A stretch of 64,000 nt of DNA from Octopus sinensis (Eukaryota), in the NCBI RefSeq assembly GCF_006345805.1, contig NC_043022.1:10106001-10170000 (forward strand). Direction: 5' to 3'. The notes under the pieces were generated by a model. It did not search any database and was not told where the DNA came from. It was given only the letters and a program-made list of their open reading frames with translations. Positions 52,601-64,000 of the stretch are shown in pieces. Position 1 is the stretch's first letter. Every line of letters begins with the position of its first letter. Made by a program: the position numbers and the translations under genes.

Positions 52601-55600
52601 TGGCTACTATTCCCTTCAAACGTTGCTTTTGTCACCTGGACATCAATGTTTTGAAACTGACCATTTCTGACAGATTCAGTGCTGAGTTACTGAAGCAAAA
52701 GTATCACTATAGCTAATATTCTGCTCAATACCACAGATATGCTTGTCAATTGCTTGACTTCAACCATATGAGCATGTCCCTTAGTGGCTGACAATGTGTG
52801 CACCTCTGATCATGAGCAGGAGTAGTGGGAGAGCACCATGGCCATGTGTTGAAAGAAATTCTTTGGGGTTTGAATAAATGTAACAAAGACAAAGTTCGAC
52901 AGAAACGGCACATTTCCATTATTTCTAGGAGTAATTAAATGGGAAAAAATTATGTTACACAGTGCTATCTATCAACAGCATGGCCATTCAGAAGCCCCCA
53001 GTTGGTGTCTAGCATGCTAGTGGACCACTGGGAGTGAGGCAGCTGGTGGAGGCACATGGTTTAGTGGTTAGAGCAGCAGACTTGCAGTCAAGGGACCGCA
53101 GGTTCAAATCTCAGACCGGGCGATATGTGAAACACTTAAGCTCCACGCCGCTCCGGTAGAAGGTAATGGCGAACCCCTGCCGACTCATTTGCCACAACTT
53201 TCTCTCACTCTTTCCTCCTGCAGCAAGCAGCTCACCTGCGACGGACCGGCGTCCCGTCCAGGTGGGGAACCTATACGCCAAGGAAACCGGCCCTTATGAG
53301 CCAGGGATGGCTCGAGAAGTAACAAACAAAAGTGAGGCAGCTCTTGGCTTTTGTTAAAGCATGTATCATGGAAAAAGGTCACTGATATAAAACTAGGTAA
53401 GCAAGGAATGACACTGGACATTTTGGGGATCTTTTGCTTGCACTTGGGGTCATGGCATTCTCACACTCTTGAGCCTGAAAACCATATTGGTATGAGACAT
53501 CTTGCTTTGGCTTGTCTCTGAATCATGTCAGTAGGGTGGAGAGAGTCTATTTTGTTTTGTTATTGGACCTAAAATTTTGCACAGGCCGAATGTGTGTATG
53601 TATTTTTGCTAGATCAACAAATACTTACCCAGGCCAACAGCAAAGCCAATGATATAGACTAACATAATGATGATACTGACGTAACCCATCCAGCTTGGAG
53701 CTTTCTGAAATAAAAGGCAGAACAGATGGGTAGTACACAGAGGCAGTATGCATAGTATTTAGTACATAAGAACACATATAATATAAAATAGTATATAACT
53801 CAAACATTAGAACGTCTCTCTTATGTCTTTTACTTGTTTCAGTCCTCATACTGGGACCATGCCTTGAATTTTTAGTTGAATGAATTGATCACAGAATGCA
53901 TTTACTTTTCAAGCTTGGTACTTATTCTATTGGTCTCTGCCAAACTGGTAAGTTACGGGGATGTAAACACACTAACACAGGTTGTCAAGTAGTGGTGGGG
54001 GACAAACATTGACACACATACATAGACATAGATACGGGTGTTTTTAAGTGGCACTACCCAGGCACTTTTACATGGCACCACCACGAGTGCTTTACACCAC
54101 CAGAAGGACTGGTCTTAATGCTTCTGCTGCAGAGTATGGGTCTTCTTGAGTACAGCAAGGTGTCAGGCATCTTAGTCCTTTGTCATCTCGCCTCAAAGGT
54201 TCAGTGTCCTGAGGTCATTCTTTAGTACTTCACAAAAAGATAGTTTAAGCTGTGCTCTAAATGGAGGTGTAGTCAAATCCTGTTTTATGGACTCAACCAT
54301 GTTCTAAAATAAGTCGAAAAGTAAGCTACTATAAATCGGCACGAACTTTCCGGACAACCCAATATATCTGACAATTTCTGTTCCAGAACAATGTATGTTT
54401 ATTTATCTGACAATCAGTGTACCAGCACAATACATGTCTAGAATCTTTTGAACAGTTGCTGTAAGAAAATGGAAATCACTAGAAAATCTGTGTTAGTCCA
54501 AGAAGAAAAGAAAACTTACTTCATCTTCGTAACCTTCTTGTATATTCAGAAATATTGAAAGTATAAGCATAGCTAGGGCCATTATAGCAGTTGGAGAAAG
54601 CAACAGGGGACGTCGGCCGAGTTTCTCCATCAATGGTATCTAAAAAGGGAGAGAAACCAAAAGAGATTCTATTTTATTAAATGAGCAAGTGCATGTGTGA
54701 GTGTGTACATGTGTAATGGTGTGTAGCAAATATATGCTGTGTATATTCAAATGTGTAATTTCAGCCTAAGTCACAAATACATGTGTGTGTTTGTGTGTGT
54801 GTATATATACATATAAATACATTTGTACACATATGAATACCATTAGAAATTATCACAAATTAATTATTCCTTCAAATGCATTTAATACATGTGTTTCAAG
54901 AGCTTACATAACAATTAGTTACATATGCAGCACCTTCATCAGTTGTCTATAAATGAAATATTTCATTTGTGATTGACTGATGAGAGTGGGACTTAGATAA
55001 TAAATAGTTATGTGGCAGTGGTGCTTGTGTACCGGAACTGGTGGTAGTAGTGTTGATGGCAGTGTTTGGCTAGAATTTACTTACCACAATGATGGTAGCA
55101 AAGACATTTGTCACTCCAGTCCCAACAATAGCATAAGGAATGGCTTTCTGATCCAACTGAGCTTGGGTAAAGATAAATTGGGAGTATGCAAATACCTGTG
55201 GAAAGAATGAAAGAAGATTCAGTAATAATTATAATAATGATAATGATAATGATAATAATCACTGTTATCATTGTCATCAATCATCATCATCATCAATATC
55301 AGTTGGGTGTAAGCAGTTGTGGAAAGAATGGAGAAAGAAAGATTCGATAAATGTTATTGTTATCAACAGCAAAAATATCTAAATAATGATGAAAAGTTAA
55401 CATTAATTCAGTGGTTAATATCATTGTTATAATGGAGAGCTGAAGCAAGTACATCTATATATGTAACCAAAAATACTGCCAGCCCTTCCTTTCTCACTCT
55501 ATCATGCCTTCCGTAAGTAACGCACAACCCACATGGAAGGAATGAATCAAAAATTGTAAGGAAGAGGGTGAGGAGAGAAATGTTTTCTGGCAGGGATATT

Positions 55601-57647
55601 TTCTGGTCAGTCTGTTGTATTGCTGCAGAATGATATTTTCCTCCTATATGAATGTTTGTCCATCGGAGTAACAAGGGCCATCTAGCCATCCTCGGGTTGG
55701 GGTTTGTGGGTGTATTGGTAACTGCTCTGGCCCGGGCATGGATTGGTGGTGATAATTGGATTTGATGTTGATTGGTCTGGTCTGGTCTTGGTGTTGAAAT
55801 AGCTATTTGATCTGCTAGAAGTAGTAGCCAAATTTCCCTGAAATCACACTATACCGTGTTAAATTAGGTCAGGACACTCGGATGGACTGACCAACCAATT
55901 GATGATGAAAAGAGGCACAAGCATGGCTGTATGGTCCATAAGTTCACTTTGCTATCACTGATTTGTGTTCAAATCCAGTGAACAGCACCTTGGGCAAATG
56001 GTTTTGAACTGAACCTCTTAACCATATAATCATACCTACATCTAAAATGTATATTATTTTGTGTTTTTGTTTATATATAACTTTAAATTGACAGTGTGCC
56101 CTGACTTAATTTAGCATAGTATAGTGTAATTTCAGGGAAATTTGGCTGGCACTTCTAGCAGGTCAAATGACCCTGTAGAAGGTAGCTTGTTGAACACCAA
56201 GGCCAGACCAGCCAACATCAAATCCAATTATCACCACTAATCCCTGTCCACTCTGCCAAAAGACCTTCTGGGCATGGCTTAGCCTGATCAGTCTCCAGCA
56301 CAACCACAAACCTTACATGAATACAATGCGATACAATATGACACAATAATAAAATACAATACAATATGACATAATACAATACAATATGGTACAACACAAT
56401 ACAATATGAAACAATACTATATGACGCAATATGACAATAAATTACAATATAACAATACAACACAATATGACACATTTTTATATGACACAATACAATACGA
56501 TACAATACAATACGACACAGTACAATACAACAAAATACAACACAAAGACCAGTCCAGACATAAGGCGACAAGACACAACTCAAAGACCTGACCGGACTGG
56601 ACCAAACCACACACACACATATACATACATGTATATACAGGGTGACCCCAAATTAAGGCAACCAAAGTTTTAAGTTTCATTCGATACTCTGAAGGCAAAA
56701 TTGCGCCAGGAATTAAACAAAGAGTATCACAGGGGTATGTTTACACTGATTCTAGACCAATGTTGAAAGCTCATCATCAAAGACCATCATTAAACAAGGA
56801 GTACAACAGGACTAGAGGAAGGCTTACTGCATTAATCAATCAGACAGGGAGTACTGTAAGGAGTACTTACTGCATTAATCCCAGACCATTGTTGAAAAAC
56901 CATCATCAAACAAGCAACCAAAATGGGGATTCGGTGGACTGGCGAAACCAAGAGTTCTTTGACCTTAAAAGGTTTCTCAACCGATTTGCTAGCTTCCAGT
57001 CTCATTTCCTCGACCTCGTCGCTAACATCGGAAACACCTCGCAGTTTACGAAGAGCTGTAAAGAAGAGAAGAATCATGTTTAAAAGAAAAAAAAAAAAGA
57101 ACTAAATAAAGGGTGAAGATGAGGAAGGGATAGGAATGTCTGTGAAATATTGGCAAGAGGAAGGCAGGGAAGAAACGAGGTAGAGAAGTGTGGGATGTGA
57201 CTTGTTAAGGAATGAAACTCAGTTTCTATAGTACACACACACACACGGTTATGCAAAAATAATACACTACATACATACAAACACTACGTTACTCTAACAC
57301 ACACAACCATACAAATGCATGCACTGATACACACATGCACACTATATATATATAACGTAACGTCGCCCTTTTCAAGCCTAGCCAGGCTCATGGGCCCGGT
57401 TTCTGTGGCATATGTCTTCCCCCCCCCACCTGGACGGGACGCCAGTCCATCGCAGCGTTACTCAAGAAACAGGAAGAGAGAGTGAGAGAAAGTCGGGGTG
57501 AAAGAGTACAACAGGGGTCGCCACCACCCCCTGCCAGAGCCTTGTGGAGCTTTTAAGTGTTTTCGCTCAATAAACACACACAACACCTGGTCTGGGAATC
57601 AAAACCGCGAGTCCGCTGCCCTAACTACTGGGCTATTGCGCATCCAC

Positions 57648-57681
<34 letters not shown>

Positions 57682-59749
57682 CACATATGAGTATGATCAC
57701 ACATGCGCAATACAATCAACATACATACACACACTATATAGACACATATGCTATACACACAGTTCTTAACTGTAGCATTATTCTTTCTCTCTCTCTCACT
57801 GTTTTCACCCCAACTCTCATTCATAATTTACACATTTAAATAAACCCAATCACTATAGAATCGTTGGGTCAACAATAACTGTAATATCCCAATAGAATCA
57901 CAAGGTTAACTGATGGCTACACAGTGTACCTGTATAGCCATACAGTCAACTGATAACAACATAGTGCCACTATCGAGTCACTGGGTCAATTTGGGGTTAC
58001 TTGAGAAGACCCGTCAAGCCAAGTGAGACCGTGCTTGTGGCCAATGCCAGTGTCATCTGACTGGTATGTAAAAAGCACCATTTGAGCATTGGATCTCATG
58101 GAAGCAGTGACAGGTGACTGAGGCATTTGGTGATGTACCGTGCTGTGTAGACCTGTCAAAGCAAGTGAGATTGTAGTTGTGGCTGATGTCAGTGTCACAT
58201 CAATGGTACTTGTGCTGGTGGCACATAAAAAGCATCCACCACACTTTTGGAGTGGTTGGCATTAGGAAGGGCATCCAGCCATAGAAACCTTGCCAAATCA
58301 GATTGGAACTTGGTGCAGCTCCCTGGCTTATCAGTTTACAGTCAAACCGTCCAACCCATGCCAGCATGGAAAGCAGACATTAAACGATGATGATGAAGAA
58401 TGTACTGTAGAATCACTGGGTCAACTTTAGGGCTGCATAATGTCACTGGGTCAACTAGAGGCTATATAGTGTTGCTCTAGCTTTACTGGGTCAACAAGGG
58501 ACTGTGTAGTGTTTTGGGGGCTACATAGAAAATCTTATTGATTTAACAAAGGGCTATTTTGTGTTATTGGGTCAACTTTGGAGCTACATGATGTCACTGT
58601 AGCACCTGATGACTGTGTTACTCTAGACTTACTGGGTCAACAAAGGCTATATAGTGTTATTGGGTCAACATTGGGGGCTACATAGTGTCACTGTAGCACC
58701 TGAAGTATGTATATCGCTACAGACTTACTGAGTCAACAAAGGGTTATATAGTTATTGGGTCAACTTTGGGGCTACATAGTGTACAATAGAATCACTGGGT
58801 TAACCAGGGTTTATATACTATCATTATAGAATAGGGACTACATAGTGTCACTTGAAACTGATGACTATGTATATCATTATAGAGTCACTGGGACAACTAG
58901 GGGATGTATAGTCTTAGTGGGTCACCTTGGGGCTACATAGTGTTTTATAGAATCACTGGGTTAACTAGGGACTATATAGTGTCACTGGATCAACTAGGAA
59001 CTACATAGTGTTACTAGAGTCACTGGGTCAACTAGGGACTATGTATATCATAGAATCACTAGGCAACAAGGGACAAGAGTCACTGGGTCAATCAGTGGCT
59101 ACACTGTGTTGGTGTATAGACACAGGGTTAACCAATGGCTACACAGGGTCACATATACAGTGTTACGCATAGAGTTGCTGGGTGAACAAATGATTACAAC
59201 GAAATAGAAGTAGACTACATCACTATACCTGCTTCAGCTTCTGGTATTTGCTGCTTCTTGACGGCCAAATAGCGCGGACTTTCGGGACAGAATGGCAACA
59301 GAACTAAAGTGACCAAAGTGGGGAATGCCACAAAAGCAAACAGCATTGGCCAGAGGTCAGGAGTTCCTGCAACAGAATAACTGACCAATAAAGGAATACA
59401 GCATACAACAATAGAGGTATACAACATCAATAGAAAAGTTGACTGGCAGAATTGTTAGAGTATTAGAGAATAGGTGTGGGAGTGGCTGTGTGGCAAGCAG
59501 CTTGCTTCAACACCACGTGATCTTGGGTTCAGTCCCACTGCACAGCACCTTGGGCAAGTGTCTTCTACTATAGCAACGGCTAACCAAAGTCTTGTAAGTG
59601 CATTGGAAGATGGAAACTGAAACAAGCCCATAAATGAAAGCAACAGACAAATGGTCTTGTACTCAACTTGAAAAATGGCAAAGTAAATTGTTTCAGCCAT
59701 GAAGCACTGGGTAGCTGTACTTCACAAGACTCATGGTTTTCATGATAAC

Positions 59750-59830
<81 letters not shown>

Positions 59831-60182
59831 ATTTATATATATATATAGTGTACTGTTCTGTGATAGACACCATCTGGTGGGAGATAAATATTATTTAATA
59901 AACACAATATATGTTTTTATGGGCTACTATTTTATGTGCTGAGAACATGCCAAACATTATATCATGCCTGGTGTGCCAGAGCACAATCACCAGACACTGC
60001 CTACATGGGTAGTGTCTGATGATTGCACTGGGACACCAGACATGTTATAAAACAATGTTTAGCATGTTCTCAACACATGAAACTAATAGTAGCAGATAAA
60101 ATCATATATTGTGTTTATTAAATAACACACACACACACTCTCATAATATACATATATACATACATATATATATATGCCTTCG

Positions 60183-60214
<32 letters not shown>

Positions 60215-61458
60215 CTATGTATGTGTATTTTTGTGCTTGTGTTTGTCCCCACCACCACTTTGCAATCACTGTTGGTTTGTTTACATTCCAATAACTTAGC
60301 AGTTCAGCAATAGGATAACAACAAAATAAGTATCAGACTTATGATGACAAAATAACAAGAGGCTAATAGAAGACCAATGAATGAATGTGGTTACCACAGC
60401 TCTTGTGTATTTTGATGATGATGATGAGGACACTAATAGATCAAATGAAGACCAATAGAAGAACATGGTCACCACAGCTCTGGTTGTGCATGGCCATGAT
60501 GATGATGATGATGATGATGACGACAACAAGTGTCCAACAGGGAGTTGGTATTTAAGTACCATATAGTTGCCCTCTTCAGGCACAACATGGCTGTTATACA
60601 GAGAAGGTCAAGTGAAAAAACAAAATCACTTTCATTAGATTCTAAGGTCAACAGTTTTAAAGAGCTGAAGTTTGTTGATGGTGAAGTGTTGCTGGTACCT
60701 TGTGGCCATTTGAGACCCCAGTTTTAAAGGAAGTTGGGAGCTTATTACTATGAAGTTCTACATTTTTTCTTTCCCCACCTATATATAACTAAACCTGCAA
60801 AATTGGCAGAGTGGTGAGAGTATCGGATGTAATACCTTCTTGGTATTTATTCTGTTTCCTTGTGTTCCCTGAGTTCGAGTCCCATTGAGGTCAACTTTGC
60901 CTTTCATTCTTCCAGAGGTTGATAGTAAACAGGTTAGGTTATTACTGACTTATTAAGGACCCTTCTCATATCAACATTTACTGTTACCAATGGGGGTCCT
61001 TCCCAAGCCATAGGCTCATAAGGCTGGTTTCCCAGACTCTTTTTTTCTGCAGCACATATATTCCCCACCCTCAACAGGATGCTGATCTGTTGCTGGATTA
61101 CTAATTTTTACCAGCTGAATGGACTGGAGCAACATGAAATGAAAGGTTTCGCTCAAGAACACAACGCATTGCCTTGTCCAGAAATTGAAACCATTATCTT
61201 GTGATTGTCAGTGCAACACCCTGACCACTAAGCCATGTGCCTCCACACCATTAACAGTACAAAGAAAAAAAATGTGAACTAAGAGGATCAGCAGAATAAA
61301 AGATAGAAGATACATACCCATAAGCTCCTCTAGACCCAGAATTTGGGCTAGCAAAATGCCAATAGTGATGGCCAACTGGTGACATGTTCCAACAGCACCA
61401 CGGATTTCTTTTGGTGCAATCTCAGCAAGATACAGTGATGCCAGACCAATATTGACAC
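48736..61458 (-). CDS. SLC2A: Facilitated sugar transporter, SLC2A/GLUT class I-like (MFS); 5'-partial gene, 8 exons in window
   Basis: Eight GT-AG exons (141+138+185+111+120+76+128+213 = 1112 nt) splice in frame into one ORF with sugar-porter motifs [54 protein letters not shown]. The exact paralogue cannot be assigned by eye. Confidence 0.95.
51193..51837. repeat. ~23-bp minisatellite in the last GLUT intron
   Basis: Unit tgaagtgagcaagatctgctaga, roughly 27 degenerate copies. Confidence 0.92.
51854..51981 (-). CDS. SLC2A: GLUT exon (TM10 end-TM11): [42 protein letters not shown]
   Basis: tttcag acceptor, gtaatt donor, 128 nt, phase 1/0. Confidence 0.94.
53045..53330 (+). mobile_element. 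SINE-C in GLUT intron, 12-bp TSD
   Basis: TSD AGTGAGGCAGCT at 53033-53044 and 53331-53342. Confidence 0.88.
53629..53704 (-). CDS. SLC2A: GLUT exon (TM10): [25 protein letters not shown](G)
   Basis: tttcag acceptor, gtaagt donor, 76 nt, phase 0/1. Confidence 0.92.
54330..54364. mobile_element. Mariner-type terminal inverted repeat remnant
   Basis: aaatcggcacgaactttccggacaacccaa followed by TA. Confidence 0.5.
54520..54639 (-). CDS. SLC2A: GLUT exon (TM9): [40 protein letters not shown]
   Basis: ttttag acceptor, gtaagt donor, 120 nt, phase 0/0, GRR motif. Confidence 0.93.
55085..55195 (-). CDS. SLC2A: GLUT exon (TM7 end-TM8): [37 protein letters not shown]
   Basis: ccacag acceptor, gtaagt donor, 111 nt, phase 0/0; not in the ORF track. 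Confidence 0.93.
56320..56535. repeat. (ATACA)n-type pentanucleotide repeat
   Basis: Degenerate caata/caatatga units. Confidence 0.85.
56871..57055 (-). CDS. SLC2A: GLUT exon (cytoplasmic loop-TM7): (A)LRKLRG...[14 protein letters not shown]
   Basis: ttacag acceptor, gtaagt donor, 185 nt, phase 1/0. Confidence 0.94.
57362..57642 (-). mobile_element. SINE-C in GLUT intron
   Basis: Reverse complement of the 35961 copy type; inserted in (TA)n. Confidence 0.82.
58400..59190. repeat. Degenerate ~30-bp minisatellite in GLUT intron
   Basis: Recurrent cactgggtcaactaggggctacatagtgt; outliers at 57850-57990. Confidence 0.85.
59229..59366 (-). CDS. SLC2A: GLUT exon (TM6): [45 protein letters not shown]
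   Basis: ttgcag acceptor, gtatag donor, 138 nt, phase 1/1, PESPR motif. Confidence 0.93.
61318..61458 (-). CDS. SLC2A: GLUT exon (TM4-TM5): (G)[46 protein letters not shown](G)
   Basis: tttcag acceptor, gtatgt donor, 141 nt, phase 1/1. Confidence 0.93.
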
Positions 61459-61853
61459 CTGAAATATAATAATAGACCAGATTTGGCTGTTATATAGAGA
61501 AGGTTAAGTGACAAAACAAAATCGCTTCCACTGGATTGTGAGGTTAACAGTTATAAAGACATGAAGTTTGTTGATGGAGAAGTTTCGCTGGTAGCTTGTG
61601 GTTATTTGAGACTCCAGTTTTAAAGGAAGCTGGGAGTTTATTACTGTGAGGTCTAGCTGCTACTTTGAAGTTAGGAGTTTATTAGTGTTGAGGTAAAATG
61701 AAAGCAAACAATAGTTAAGTTAGTGTGAGCAGATTTAGAGTAAGGAGCATTAAAAAATGTAGTAAGAAATGTGTAATGCGGTAGATAGGCAAATAGATAG
61801 AAAGACAGACACATAGACCGAGATAGAGAAGACAGATAGACTGATGTACAGCT

Positions 61854-62000
61854 CAGTGTTCCGCAACCTTTTCTTTATTTGCAGTACACTTAGATTCTTT
61901 TCAAAATTTGGCTGCACATCTGAGCTAAAAATATAACTAAAAGTATAGGAGGAAAAATTATATTCAGGTTACACTGAGGCACACCAGTTGCAGAACACTG
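61854..62000. mobile_element. Short hAT-type MITE
   Basis: CAGTGTTCCGCAACC / AGTTGCAGAACACTG; degenerate 8-bp flanks. Confidence 0.6.
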
Positions 62001-62039
62001 GTATAGAAGACAGATAGACCGAAGTATAGAAGATGGATA

Positions 62040-62525
62040 GGCAGATAGATAGACTGATGGACAGAGAGACTGACAGACAGGCAAACAGAGGCAGACAAAC
62101 GGAAAGACAGGTAGATAGACAGACATAGATAGACAGACTGATGGACAGAGAGAGACTGACAGACAGGTAAATAGAGGCAGACAAACAGAAAGACAGGTAG
62201 ATAGACAGACATAGATAGACAGACTGATGGACAGAGAGAGACTGACAGACAGGTAAATAGAGGCAGACAAACAGAAAGACAGGTAGATAGACAGACATAG
62301 ATAGACAGACTGATGGACAGAGAGAGACTGACAGACAGGTAAATAGAGGCAGACAAACAGAAAGACAGGTAGATAGACAGACATAGATAGACAGACTGAT
62401 GGACAGAGAGAGACTGACAGACAGGTAAATAGAGGCAGACAAACAGAAAGACAGGTAGATAGACAGACAGACTGACAGGCAGACAAACAGAAAGACAGGT
62501 AGATAGACAGACATAGATAGATTGA
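62040..62525. repeat. 86-bp higher-order tandem repeat built from AGAC/AGAT units
   Basis: ctgatggac at 62054, 62138, 62224, 62310, 62396. Confidence 0.92.
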
Positions 62526-63199
62526 CAAATAGCCGGAAAGATAGGCATTTAGGTTGGTGTCAAGCAGGGAGCATCAGAAAGCTAACTAGAAATAATTACA
62601 TGGTGGGATACAAATAGATAAACAGAGACACAGTTGGGCTTAGTATTTGTGTTATTAATAAGGAAAACATAAAAAGGCAATTAAAAATAATTAGCAATGG
62701 AGTTGCCTCCTCTGCACACAAAAAGATTATAGGTGGGAAAGAGGTTGTCTTTAAAAATGAAAACAATAGAAAGTTATCCCACTCCTAGCTCTTCACTCCA
62801 CCAACACCACCAGCATCAGCACTAACTGCTATGTACACAACTAACATTACCATCACTACTACAACCAAAATCACCACCACCTACTACTACCACTACCTGA
62901 ATATCTTAACTAAACATACATATTTTAATTGAAGTGTACATTATTATATATCCATGATGGCCAATTTGACCAGTCAGTTTCACACTAGGGTTCAACGGAG
63001 TGTTAGGTAACAGTGTGATTCTGTATCCCTGTGCTCGTCAGAGGCAGTTGCAATAGATATAGATATATACATACACACATGTATATAATATGTAATATAA
63101 TATAATATGATATATAACATGGTAGCACTGTATTGATCAGACCATCAGATACTGTTATACTCTGATGGTCACAATGTGCCTATAATTCTGTCTTGAATG

Positions 63200-63390
63200 A
63201 GCCATTGTTTTCCAAATGGCCTCTTCTGATCTCTTGGATACCACTCGGCAACTGCACAGGTCCCCCTGTAGTCTTTGAACCATGTGACATATCTGGCCCA
63301 GTGGAACTTGTGCTTTTGGTACTCTATGATTACATCATTCACACCACTCCATTCTCAACTGATGAGATAGGGATCTTTAAAGAGGACAAA
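63200..63390 (-). mobile_element. Decayed RTE LINE ORF2 C-terminal fragment
   Basis: DVIIEYQKHKFHWARYVTWFKDYRGTCAVAEWYPRDQKRPFGKQW, resembling KW.WAGHV.R..D.RW...V.EW.PR..KR. Confidence 0.7.
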
Positions 63391-64000
63391 TAGCCTGGCT
63401 CTCTGCCGATTAAGACAATGAATGTTCCAGTTGATAGGATTATGATCAACTGAGTAGCTTGCTCATGAAATTAATTTGCAAGTGGATGAGCACTCCACAG
63501 ACATGCGTACCCTTAATGAGCTCTCAGGGAGATTCAATGTGACACTGAGTGTGACAAGCTGGCCCTTTGAATTACAGGTACAACTCATTTTTGCCAGCTG
63601 ACTGGACTGGAGCAATGAGGAATAAAATGTCTTGTTCTAGGACACAATGCACAGCCCGGAATTGAACTCATTACATTATGACTGAGCTGAATACCCCTAG
63701 TCAATAGGCCAAATGCCTTGAAAGAGGATAAACACCTTTAGATGATAGATAAATGGTTATGCATCATATCAGAGGTATCTCAATGACTAAGGATAAACAG
63801 CCCTTCACAGCATAACTAAGGCTGAAAATTCTTGAGTGCTTTTGAGGGGCACCACAAGATGGTCACACTTGTTTCTTGATCCTATCTAGTAACAAGTATA
63901 GCACTACTACTACTGCTGCTACTACTACAATGAGGACAACAAAGACGACCACAATGACTACTACTACTACTACTACTACTACTACAGTAGCTGTAATAAT

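Noticed and set aside
13803-57642. tRNA-like heads with A/B boxes as tRNA genes
   Set aside because: Each continues into a SINE body and tail, often with a TSD, and lacks a complete cloverleaf
4431-62525. Regular repeat arrays (62, 179, 184, 23, 30 and 86 bp) as possible CRISPR arrays
   Set aside because: Eukaryotic context, no unique spacers between repeats, no cas genes; units are SINE bodies or minisatellites
8-64000. Numerous 60-210 aa ORFs rich in YI/CV/HT/LS repeats (e.g. 8-691, 32522-32872, 46208-47189, 48009-48528, 61890-62548)
   Set aside because: They are translations of microsatellites and tandem repeats with no domain signal
61459-64000. Further 5' GLUT exons (TM1-TM4)
   Set aside because: No matching in-frame segment; the coding-like stretch at 63200-63390 is an RTE fragment

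Overview
Eukaryotic, AT-rich, repeat-dense window with one 100-N gap (24415-24514). The SINE/MITE/microsatellite landscape suggests an octopus-type cephalopod, but that is inference from recalled repeat families, not a search. Two convergent host genes are supported by translation plus splice sites. (1) The terminal coding exon of PPP1R7/sds22 on + (5236-5433). (2) Eight consecutive in-frame exons of a class I-like SLC2A/GLUT sugar transporter on - (61458 down to 48736; 369 aa, TM4 to C-terminus; its 5' exons lie beyond the window). The ~43 kb between them is mostly tRNA-derived SINEs, RTE LINE fragments, Helitrons, hAT/piggyBac/Tc1-mariner MITEs, a decayed Tigger/pogo transposase and microsatellites. 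I found no convincing new multi-gene system. The best leads are a GLUT with non-canonical selectivity residues, a decayed echo of its TM7 exon, a pre-miRNA-like hairpin at 42.3 kb, two long foldback palindromes, a MITE with an unusual 6-bp TSD, and minisatellites abutting GLUT splice donors. SINE labels A-E are my own working names.
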